The position numbers and the translations under genes are program-made. Positions 9,755 to 17,987 of a DNA stretch of 64,000 bases are shown one piece after another (positions within the stretch are counted from its first letter, which is position 1; every line of letters starts with the position of its first letter). Source of the DNA: Acutalibacteraceae bacterium (GTDB lineage: Bacteria; Bacillota; Clostridia; Oscillospirales; Acutalibacteraceae); assembly GCA_045540355.1 (NCBI GenBank), contig JAZQHB010000008.1, positions 31,183 through 95,182 on the forward strand, in the 5' to 3' direction. Below the pieces are notes generated by a model. That model did not search any database. It had not been told where the DNA came from and saw only the letters and a list, made by a program, of their open reading frames with translations.

Positions 9755-10309
9755 TTATAGCCGTTTATGTGAAAAAGAAATAACGCTTTTGGGAAGAAGC
9801 ATCGCAGGTGTGGGATATTTCCTTGCAATACGGTCTGCCGTATACATATATTTGTTACGCTCAAAAGGTAATACACTCTGTTTTATCATTTCTTTTCTTA
9901 CATACTCCGCAAATTCGTGCGTGGTAGAACACATACGCAGATGCTCTACTCTTCCGGTATCAGCATCAGCAAGGATAATTCTGCATACATATCCTTCATT
10001 TTGGGGTAGAGGCTTAAAATCTATGGAAAAATCTAACCCTTCCTGCATCTTGATATGGAAAGAACAATCCATTACGGGCATATTGCCGATTTCAAAGAGA
10101 AACTGCACGAAATCATCAATCATAGCCAAATGCACTGTAATATCCCGACTAAATTCTCTAATTTCATCAGCAGAGGGGGTTTTCAAATAAAACATAAAGG
10201 CAAATCCGGTCAGAGAAGAATAAAGAATATCTACTCTATCCTGCCCTTTCTTTAAGAAATCATAACATTTCCCTGCGGTTATTTGTATCAATTCAAAATT
10301 ATTATCCAT
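9755..10309 (-). CDS. Hypothetical protein (184 aa)
   Basis: SD AGGAGAAG. Start overlaps the upstream stop. No motif recognised. Confidence 0.65.
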   Translation of the reverse strand: MDNNFELIQITAGKCYDFLKKGQDRVDILYSSLTGFAFMFYLKTPSADEIREFSRDITVHLAMIDDFVQFLFEIGNMPVMDCSFHIKMQEGLDFSIDFKPLPQNEGYVCRIILADADTGRVEHLRMCSTTHEFAEYVRKEMIKQSVLPFERNKYMYTADRIARKYPTPAMLLPKSVISFSHKRL

Positions 10310-10778
10310 TGTTCTTTCTTCTCCTTATCCAGTAATTGCCGATACTTCCGTCGGTGCTATCCCATATATCGAATATCTTATATTTATTGTCTTCATCTAA
10401 TCGAATAGCAACAAGATGATGCCCGCCGATTTTAGCAACTATATCGCAGGAAACCATAGCACCCGTTACGGAATTGATATACAATCCGTTTAAAAGATTG
10501 CAAAATTCTTTGCCCGTATACTTTGTATTATCATACTGCCGAGGTTGTTTTTGCATCTCAAAACCTAAACTTTCAAGGTATTTTCCATAGCACTTCTTAT
10601 CATTCGGCATTTCCTTATATTTGTGAGATAAAATAACTAAATCATCAAGAACTTCGTCCCACGACTTGCCCGAAGCAAGGGAAATTGCTCGGAGTACACA
10701 GTCACTTGACCGCTTATCTTTGGGATTTTCGTTGTGATATGTGAAACAAGATGTATTTTTCGGTATTTTCTTAATCAT
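10302..10778 (-). CDS. Papain-fold (C39/BtrH-like) cysteine peptidase-like protein
   Basis: Candidate Cys-His-Asp triad (SSDCVLRAISLA ... GGHHLVAI ... FDIWDS); SD AAAGGAG. Confidence 0.5.
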   Translation of the reverse strand: MIKKIPKNTSCFTYHNENPKDKRSSDCVLRAISLASGKSWDEVLDDLVILSHKYKEMPNDKKCYGKYLESLGFEMQKQPRQYDNTKYTGKEFCNLLNGLYINSVTGAMVSCDIVAKIGGHHLVAIRLDEDNKYKIFDIWDSTDGSIGNYWIRRRKNNG

Positions 10779-10791
10779 ACGGCACTCCTTT

Positions 10792-11181
10792 CTAATCTAT
10801 AAAATCAAGGGCGTGATGTACCACTACACACTGACCGACAACAGTAAAAATCCACTTCTGATAAGTTGATGAATTTTCAGCTTCAACAAAAAACTCGCCG
10901 TCTTTAATTCCGTCGTAGGATAAATACCTTGTTGCTCTGTCTTCTGTATAATCATATTCCCTTGCAGACCAGTCGGGCATTGTCTTACGGTATTCACTCA
11001 TAGACGAATATATGGTATTGTTTACTTCATTTCCCAACTTTCCAACCGGATAGCGTACCGTCTTATATTCAAATACCGTAAGCCCCAGCGCATCACACAC
11101 TTTAACAAAATCTAAAAGAGTAAGTTTTTCATTTTTTTCAAATTCTTCCACTATAAACTTTTCGTATAATTCATTTTTCAT
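10792..11181 (-). CDS. Hypothetical protein (129 aa)
   Basis: ORF in the sortase operon; no motif recognised. Confidence 0.6.
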   Translation of the reverse strand: MKNELYEKFIVEEFEKNEKLTLLDFVKVCDALGLTVFEYKTVRYPVGKLGNEVNNTIYSSMSEYRKTMPDWSAREYDYTEDRATRYLSYDGIKDGEFFVEAENSSTYQKWIFTVVGQCVVVHHALDFID

Positions 11182-11188
11182 ACTGCCA

Positions 11189-11419
11189 TTATTCCTCTCC
11201 TACGATTTCTCTGATTTCTTCAATGATATTATCCAAATCAGAATATGTAGCACCAAATTCTTGACCGTCAAAAGCATTATCTCTCTTTTTTATCACTTCC
11301 CTTACTTTGATGCACTTATCAAGTGTGGTTCTTGCAACCTTAATCGCCTCAATAAACTTACTTGGATTATCATTAAAACCTTTTTCCAACAATATTGTTA
11401 ATGCTTCCTTTTCGCACAT
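11189..11419 (-). CDS. Hypothetical small protein (76 aa)
   Basis: Start moved to the ATG with proper spacing from AGGAG. Confidence 0.55.
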   Translation of the reverse strand: MCEKEALTILLEKGFNDNPSKFIEAIKVARTTLDKCIKVREVIKKRDNAFDGQEFGATYSDLDNIIEEIREIVGEE

Positions 11420-11430
11420 ACACATCACTC

Positions 11431-12357
11431 CTATCTTAATTTCATCGGCAACAACGGATTTTCATTTTCCGTTGCAGAAGAAACAATATCTTCGTACTCT
11501 TCTCCAACTTCCAACCGCCTAGCCATAACCACCATTCTGTTTGTACCGCTACCGTGTAATTCTACCGAACAGCTGGATAAAGTAATATAGGCATCATCAA
11601 TGGTATTTTCGATTGGTACATTTATCCAACTTCTGCGAGATACTTCGCCCATATACCACTCGTAGTCCTGCATAGCAACAAATTCTGTATTATCAAAGTA
11701 AATGAATGTATCTGTATCAGAAGTATCAACTAAATAGTAAGCAAAAATCAACCACTGGCTTGTACCCTCTTCGGTAATGATTTCAACAATCGGGTGTTCT
11801 TTGTAATATTCTATATCACGGTAGTTATTCAAATCTCCGAACACATCAAATCCGTTCAGACGGATATTGTGACCGTATATGATGCTGTTACCACTGTCAC
11901 GGGATAAATCACTGCCGATTGACAGAAACGGTACTCCGTGACTGTTATGCTCTTTATTAAGGTCACGATTAAGATAATACCCTTCATCAGCTGGCGTATA
12001 CATAATCGGGTGGTTCAATACGCTATCATTGATACGAATAAAGCCAACTACATCTTCGTTATAGTCCATATAAGTCTGTAAAAGGCTCATATCACTATCA
12101 TTTACGGTGCAATACTGCGTCGGCTCATATCCGTCTTCATACAAAACGCCGTCCTGCAAGCCCGTATTCGCCCCATTTAGACCGTTTTCTTCGTTTGATG
12201 CGGATTTTATCGACCTAACAGCTGAAATCCCGCAAATCGTCAAAATAAGAACGCCTACGCCTATCACAACACCGATGCGTCGCAACGGTTTACTTTCCAG
12301 TTCGTCACTTTCATCGTATTCAAAATTAAAATCATCTTCGTCCATATAATTTTTCAT
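11431..12357 (-). CDS. srtB: Sortase, class B-like
   Basis: N-terminal TM anchor; catalytic His (IIYGHNI), Cys (ITLSSCS) and Arg (NRMVVMARR). The VGFIRINDSVLNHPIMY...YYL block is typical of class B. Confidence 0.8.
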   Translation of the reverse strand: MKNYMDEDDFNFEYDESDELESKPLRRIGVVIGVGVLILTICGISAVRSIKSASNEENGLNGANTGLQDGVLYEDGYEPTQYCTVNDSDMSLLQTYMDYNEDVVGFIRINDSVLNHPIMYTPADEGYYLNRDLNKEHNSHGVPFLSIGSDLSRDSGNSIIYGHNIRLNGFDVFGDLNNYRDIEYYKEHPIVEIITEEGTSQWLIFAYYLVDTSDTDTFIYFDNTEFVAMQDYEWYMGEVSRRSWINVPIENTIDDAYITLSSCSVELHGSGTNRMVVMARRLEVGEEYEDIVSSATENENPLLPMKLR

Positions 12358-12431
12358 ACATTTTCTCCCTTCATTGGTTCGTATAAGTATATTATACTTT
12401 ATTCGTCTGCAAAAGGCAAAAAAACAGACAG

Positions 12432-12532
12432 TTGCAGGTTAGAAATTATTGTGTTAGAATAAAATTATAAAATTTATCAACAATATGGACTAACAATATA
12501 GAGATTTTCCGTAGGGAATTTCTCTTTTTTTC
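12432..12532 (+). promoter_or_regulatory. Promoter-leader-terminator module, copy G
   Basis: TTGCAG-N17-TAGAAT, then GGACTAACAATATAGAGATTTTCCGTAGGGAATTTCTCTTTTTTT. Same core as the copies at 37.7, 40.9, 44.5 and 63.2 kb. Confidence 0.6.
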
Positions 12533-12618
12533 AAATAGGGGTATGTCCCGAAAATAATCGGGGTATTCCACTATCCCCGTCGATATAGATAACAACACAA
12601 AGAAAGGAAAAGAAAAAT

Positions 12619-13176
12619 ATGAAAATATTTGAAAATGACAACTGGGAAAAATTATCCCTCAATAATGAAGTAGTACAGTACGGATATTACTATCCGTATA
12701 GAAATCCGGACGGAAGCGTAAACCCTAATTTCTACAAGGATCGTATTAGTGGTTATATTTTAGATGTAAAAGAAAAGAAGGAAAAAGCACTTAACTATTT
12801 TTACAATGTACTTAATACCGAGATTTGTAAAAATGTTACAATCTGCGTAGTTCCGTCGCATACCGCTTCTTCAACTAATCAATCTGGCATTTCCATACTG
12901 GCAAGAAGACTTGCAAATGATGAAAGGGTGGATAAAGTAGATTATCTTTTAAGAAGTAAATCTATTAACAAATTAGCGTCCGGTGGCGACAGAGATTTAT
13001 CTATTCACTTGGAAAGCATCAGACCAAACGAAGAAATGAGTATTTCGGGCGATGTTGTTCTTTTAGTTGACGATGTTACTACTTCCGGTGCATCTTTGCA
13101 GGCGTGCAAAGAAATTCTATTAAAGAATGGTGCTGAAAGAGTTGCAATGCTCGCATTGGGAAAATCTATCAGATAA
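12619..13176 (+). CDS. Type I phosphoribosyltransferase-fold protein (ComF-like)
   Basis: PRPP-binding loop VVLLVDDVTTSGASL near the C-terminus; 185 aa; no N-terminal zinc finger. Confidence 0.7.
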   Translation: MKIFENDNWEKLSLNNEVVQYGYYYPYRNPDGSVNPNFYKDRISGYILDVKEKKEKALNYFYNVLNTEICKNVTICVVPSHTASSTNQSGISILARRLANDERVDKVDYLLRSKSINKLASGGDRDLSIHLESIRPNEEMSISGDVVLLVDDVTTSGASLQACKEILLKNGAERVAMLALGKSIR

Positions 13177-13188
13177 GGAGGTGTTTTT

Positions 13189-13869
13189 ATGGATATAAAA
13201 AGTTGCACAATTAAAGACACTAACTATCCTAAAAAGCTACTCTCCCTATCTTCTCCACCGAAGACACTGTACTATATTGGCGATATAAATATAACAGCCA
13301 AAGATATTGTCGCAGTAATAGGAAAGAGAGAAGCAAACGAAAAATCACTAACCTTATCCGAAAAAATCGGAAATGAGTTGGCAAAAAAAGATTTCATAGT
13401 TTTGAATGGATTAGCAATCGGCTGTGATACAAAAGCTATTGAAGGTGCTTTATTAGACAATGGTAAAGTAATTGCTGTTATGCCCTGTGGTCTTGATGAA
13501 ATATATCCTAAATCAAACCGTATGCTGGCAGAAAAAATCATAAAAAGCGGAGGGTGTATCATAAGCGAATATCCTTGCGGTTCAAAGCCTCAAAAGTATA
13601 CCTTCGTGGAAAGGGACAGATTGCAGGCAGGACTTGCTGATAAGGTAATCGTAATAGATGCAGAAATCAAAGGTGGAACGATGCACACGGTAAACTATGC
13701 ACTCAAATTAAGAAAAGAAATTGGGTGTATTATGGAAGATAATGCGGTATCTCCCGCAGGTAACGAATATTTATGCAAATCACAAAATTGTGATGCTTTA
13801 AACAATATTCATAGCGTTTTGACTTTCGTAAAAAAACCCGTATATAATCAGCTTTCACTATTCAGCTAG
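13189..13869 (+). CDS. dprA: DprA/Smf-like DNA-processing protein (Rossmann/SLOG domain only)
   Basis: VAVIGKREAN...LNGLAIGCDTKAIEGAL...VMPCGLDEIYPKSN...ERDRLQAGLAD...GGTMHTV matches the DprA core. Confidence 0.8.
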   Translation: MDIKSCTIKDTNYPKKLLSLSSPPKTLYYIGDINITAKDIVAVIGKREANEKSLTLSEKIGNELAKKDFIVLNGLAIGCDTKAIEGALLDNGKVIAVMPCGLDEIYPKSNRMLAEKIIKSGGCIISEYPCGSKPQKYTFVERDRLQAGLADKVIVIDAEIKGGTMHTVNYALKLRKEIGCIMEDNAVSPAGNEYLCKSQNCDALNNIHSVLTFVKKPVYNQLSLFS

Positions 13870-13884
13870 AATTAAATCAACATA

Positions 13885-13916
13885 AAAGAGGTTCGTATAA
13901 ACGAACCTCTTTTTTA
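13885..13916 (+). terminator. Intrinsic terminator (AAAGAGGTTCG..CGAACCTCTTTTTT)
   Basis: Seen in sequence after the dprA stop. Confidence 0.8.
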
Positions 13917-13920
13917 TTAC

Positions 13921-13956
13921 AAAAAAAACAGAAGCGGGCTTTTTACACCCACTTCC
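13921..13956 (-). terminator. Intrinsic terminator for the minus-strand lipoprotein gene
   Basis: GAAGTGGG..CCCGCTTC hairpin followed by T8 on the minus strand. Confidence 0.65.
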
Positions 13957-13979
13957 GTTTCTTTACGATTTTTCGTTGT

Positions 13980-15038
13980 CTATTCGGAAACTTCCTCGTA
14001 GGAAGCGATAGCAACCATTTTGTAGATTGTAGAAATATCTTCTTCGCTTACATCTTTGAGTGCATCAGCATACGCATAGTAAGTAACACTTGCACGATAG
14101 CCTAATGCCTCTCCTTTGCCCTCATATACAGCCCAGTAAGTCGATAAATACGCTTCACAATCGAAAGTTGCATTACGACATACAACTCCGTTTGCATCGG
14201 TGTAAGCATCGCCTTTCCAAGATGCACCGGACACGCGGTAAATCGCGGGATCAAGTCCTAAAAGAGTAAGAATATCACTCTGATAACCGTCCCAAGTAGG
14301 TGTAGGGGAAGTCTGCGGTACATATACCGTCTTAAATCCCTCAATCTGCCAACTGTCTACATAAGCATCACTTGCAGTAAATATACCGTCGATAGGATAA
14401 CCACTTCTCCAAGAAGGTTCTGACTGACCGCTACTTACTAATTCTCCGCTGATTGTATCGTCTTTTTCATCAACATTGTTGTAATAAGAGATTGTCTTAA
14501 CCTGCGGAATGTAGGGTGCGGTTGTTCTTGCACCATACTCCACTCTTTCTGTAACGGTTGTGGTGATAGGCACAAGGTCAGACCAGTTAAAGATGTCACC
14601 CTTTAAGGTGTACTTCTTTCCGGTGGCATCAGAAATCCACTCGATAGAAGTTTCAGCATCTTTCTTATCTTCTACTTCTACATCAACAGTATGTGCTACT
14701 ACTGACATAATTTCCGAAGTCTGATATTCAGCATTTCCGGTGTACTTATACTTTACGCCGTCCACTTCAATCATTTCGGGAATTTCAAATCTCAATCCGT
14801 CTTCCGTTTCGGAATAGAACTGATATTCCATTGTAATAATATTCGCTTCTTCATCAGAAGCATCTTCGCCAGCTTCGCTTGTCTGTTCGCTACCGCCTTC
14901 GATATTATCTTCGCCTGTTACTCCCGCAGACGCATCTTCCGTTGCAGGAGTTTTATTACAACCAGTAATCAAAGTGGCAAGCATCATACTTGACAGCAAA
15001 ATCACGCCTAATTTTTTAGCAATGTATTTCTTTTTCAT
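13980..15038 (-). CDS. Lipoprotein, function unknown
   Basis: Signal peptide with lipobox LITGC; acidic N-terminal linker. Confidence 0.75.
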   Translation of the reverse strand: MKKKYIAKKLGVILLSSMMLATLITGCNKTPATEDASAGVTGEDNIEGGSEQTSEAGEDASDEEANIITMEYQFYSETEDGLRFEIPEMIEVDGVKYKYTGNAEYQTSEIMSVVAHTVDVEVEDKKDAETSIEWISDATGKKYTLKGDIFNWSDLVPITTTVTERVEYGARTTAPYIPQVKTISYYNNVDEKDDTISGELVSSGQSEPSWRSGYPIDGIFTASDAYVDSWQIEGFKTVYVPQTSPTPTWDGYQSDILTLLGLDPAIYRVSGASWKGDAYTDANGVVCRNATFDCEAYLSTYWAVYEGKGEALGYRASVTYYAYADALKDVSEEDISTIYKMVAIASYEEVSE

Positions 15039-15056
15039 ATTATGTCTGCCCCTTTC

Positions 15057-17783
15057 TTACTCTTCTTCATTCTTTGTTTCTTCAACAGCTTCAACAGCTT
15101 TACCCAAAGTATCTTCAATATTGACTGTTTCCGATGTGGCATTTTTTAACTGTTTTTTCTTGCGAAGATATAGTAAAATCACGCCACCAACACTTACAAT
15201 ACCAACAGTACCGATAATAGCATAAATCATCAAGCCATTGGTTTCTTTTTCAACAGCATCTTCCGTCGCTAATACTACGGAATATCCCTCTTCGCCACTG
15301 TCTTCTGTCTGCCAGTTATTTCTTCTCCAAGTGTTTTCGTCGAAGGAAATTCTTAATAAACCGTAACGGGCAGGAGTGTCGGGTTTGTCGGGTGTCGGAG
15401 TTTTAGGAACCGGACCGTCGTTATAAAATACCTTTGAGTATGTAACACTTTCATCGGTTGAATTATTTGGCAATGTAGCTGTGAAAGTAAATTCTTCATC
15501 AGACATTGTATATCCCGCAGGTGCAGAGATTTCTACAATTTTGTAATCAACACCGAAGGGTAAATCCAAACCAAAGTTTACTTTACCGTCAGATGCAGAA
15601 GTACCAGTTGCGATAACATCGCCTGCATTAACAATAACGGTGCCTTCATAATTCACAATATCGCTTTCAGCACTTAATTCAAACTTCGCACCAGCAAGGT
15701 TGTAAGAAGTACCAGTAATCTTCTTGGTTACATCTACAACAACATCTTGCTTATCATTAAGGATTGACTGTGTGATTTCGATAATAGGTGTGCTATCATC
15801 AACAAATTCTACACTGAACTCAATCGGAGTATCGTCCAAAATATAACCAACGGGGGCTACGGTTTCAATCATCTTGTAATTACCAAGAGGTAAATCTTCC
15901 AAAACGCCTTTGCCGTCTGCACCAGTTACGATTGTTCCAACCAAGTCGCCGTCAGAATAATACTTTGTTCTTTCGCCGTTAGCATCTAACTGCATATCGT
16001 GAGTAAGAATATCGCCTACGGCATATACTTCAAATTCTGCACCAACCAAACCTTTTTCTTCCCATACAAACTTTCCGTTTTCAAAAGCTGTAAGAGTAGG
16101 TCCAGTCTTTGTAAGTTCTACTCTACCCATTGCAGGAGTGTTCTGATATTCTACGGGGATAAACATTTCTCCCGTCGTTTCGTCTTTTTCAAAAGTTGCA
16201 CTACTTCCTACTACTACCGTGGGATAATTGGTATCAAGAATATAGTTGGGAGGTGCTGATACTTCTTCAATACGATATTCGCCTAATTCAAGAGGCTGGG
16301 GAAGAATTAAGTAACCTTCGCTGTCAGTCTTGAATGTAGTATGTTCTGTTACAGTAGGATATGTGGTGTACTGTACCACATATTGATTATTGGTAATATC
16401 AAAAATCTTAAACTCGATATTTTCCAAAAGGATAGACTTACCAGTTGTGCTATCCATTTTTGTAATCTTTAATTTCGCTTCAATCTCTTCGTTGATAATA
16501 ATTCTCCAAGTTTGAGGCTCTGTGGGCTTATGTTCGGTAACGGTTACTTCAAAAGGTTCACACTCGAAATATCCGTCGGGTACATCAACTTCTCGAATAA
16601 CATAAGTACCATAAGGCAACGGTGCTGATTTCGCATAACCAGTTGCGTCAGTATACATTACTGTACTTCCGTCTTGTGCAAGGGGTACTGCATTTGCACC
16701 CTCGAAATTATAGGTTCCGTCTGCGTTTAAGGTAAGTCTTGATTTCAAATATGCGGAAAAACCGGAAACCAAAGGAACGGCATCGGTATCTTCTCCGTCA
16801 AAACCTGCCTTTATAATCTGAAAAGGCTGTTTTTTAACCTGCTCTCTTGAAGTGATTACGGGATTATCAACAACTACTTCAACTTCTCCGGTCACAATAT
16901 CTACTGTACTGCCCGGAACCGCTGTGATATTTACATTATATTCTGTGGGATCAATCATATAACCAACAGAAGGTGTGATTTCTTTCACATAATAGGAACC
17001 GGGAGGCAGATTACTAAAACCACATACACCACTTGCATCAGTAGTAGCTTGCATAATTAGCGAACCAGCAGGAGCTAACACTGTCTGCCCTGTGTCGTCA
17101 CGGGGATCCAAAATATCTGCTCTTGCATAAAGTCCATATACTGCACCCTGCAACTTTGCATCGCCCTGTGCAAGGGCGGTTTCACTGTCAATCTTTACGA
17201 TTTTTATATCATATACGCCACCGGGAGTTGTTTCTCCTTCGCCAAACATCGCAATTATCTGCAAATTGGGACCGCCAGTGCAACATATAGCAGTACCCGT
17301 ATAATCGGACATTGCGCACTCTTGAATAAAAGCATAAATACCACTATCAACCATTTGTTGAGGTGTGATACCTGCAATACTTCCAGTAAAAGCATAACCT
17401 AACGCAATATGCGTACAAAGGTAACGGTATTCATCATTATCACCAAAATACTTTTGGGTAATGTCGTTGACACCGCCATAGCCATTACAGAAAATCTTAA
17501 TCAATAAAGGATTTTCAGCAGAAGTAATAGTAAAACTTTCGTAAGTACCATTTGGCAAACCGGATTTCAACGGTTCGATACAATATGCGATTTCTCCGTT
17601 AATTGTATATCGTTGAGTTCGATATGTACTTCCGGGGAAATAGGTACTGTACTGAATTTCTGCATCACTACGGTTTACTTCCGCTGTGTCTGCATAAGTA
17701 GGCAAAACACTGCCTGCCACAATTCCTAACATCATCACAAAGGATAAGCAGGACAACCAAAACTTTTTCGTTTTCTGTTTCAT
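15057..17783 (-). CDS. Large surface adhesin with a possible N-terminal thioester domain, at least 6 Cna-B/SpaA-type repeats and a C-terminal TM anchor
   Basis: Signal peptide. Repeated G.Y...E...P.GY motifs (GSYYVKEITPSVGY, GTYVIREVDVPDGY, GEYRIEEVSAPPNY, GNYKMIETVAPVGY, DYKIVEISAPAGY). AYCIEP fits the [YF]C[ILV][DE] thioester Cys motif. No LPXTG. Confidence 0.75.
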   Translation of the reverse strand: MKQKTKKFWLSCLSFVMMLGIVAGSVLPTYADTAEVNRSDAEIQYSTYFPGSTYRTQRYTINGEIAYCIEPLKSGLPNGTYESFTITSAENPLLIKIFCNGYGGVNDITQKYFGDNDEYRYLCTHIALGYAFTGSIAGITPQQMVDSGIYAFIQECAMSDYTGTAICCTGGPNLQIIAMFGEGETTPGGVYDIKIVKIDSETALAQGDAKLQGAVYGLYARADILDPRDDTGQTVLAPAGSLIMQATTDASGVCGFSNLPPGSYYVKEITPSVGYMIDPTEYNVNITAVPGSTVDIVTGEVEVVVDNPVITSREQVKKQPFQIIKAGFDGEDTDAVPLVSGFSAYLKSRLTLNADGTYNFEGANAVPLAQDGSTVMYTDATGYAKSAPLPYGTYVIREVDVPDGYFECEPFEVTVTEHKPTEPQTWRIIINEEIEAKLKITKMDSTTGKSILLENIEFKIFDITNNQYVVQYTTYPTVTEHTTFKTDSEGYLILPQPLELGEYRIEEVSAPPNYILDTNYPTVVVGSSATFEKDETTGEMFIPVEYQNTPAMGRVELTKTGPTLTAFENGKFVWEEKGLVGAEFEVYAVGDILTHDMQLDANGERTKYYSDGDLVGTIVTGADGKGVLEDLPLGNYKMIETVAPVGYILDDTPIEFSVEFVDDSTPIIEITQSILNDKQDVVVDVTKKITGTSYNLAGAKFELSAESDIVNYEGTVIVNAGDVIATGTSASDGKVNFGLDLPFGVDYKIVEISAPAGYTMSDEEFTFTATLPNNSTDESVTYSKVFYNDGPVPKTPTPDKPDTPARYGLLRISFDENTWRRNNWQTEDSGEEGYSVVLATEDAVEKETNGLMIYAIIGTVGIVSVGGVILLYLRKKKQLKNATSETVNIEDTLGKAVEAVEETKNEEE

Positions 17784-17955
17784 TTTTTTCTCCTCTCAAA
17801 TATTATGTCACCACGAAAAATCGTAACTTTTTGGGTTAATGTATACTTTACAACTATTTTTTGCCATTTGCAAGGGTATTTTTGTATATTATTCTTTTTC
17901 ATACATTATTTTTTGCTTTTTAGTAGTTTTTTATTGGTATCTTGTGTTTTTACAT

Positions 17956-17987
17956 AAAAAAAAGAACTCCGAAGAGTTCTTTTTTTA
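17956..17987. terminator. Bidirectional terminator (A-run, AAGAACTC-CGAA-GAGTTCTT, T-run)
   Basis: Seen in sequence just past the stop of 17988..19034. Confidence 0.8.

Noticed and set aside
15057-15200. LPXTG-type sorting signal at the adhesin C-terminus
   Set aside because: I searched the last 80 aa. A TM helix and a charged tail are present, but there is no LPXTG, NPQTN or SPKTG pentapeptide. The protein is therefore not called sortase-anchored.
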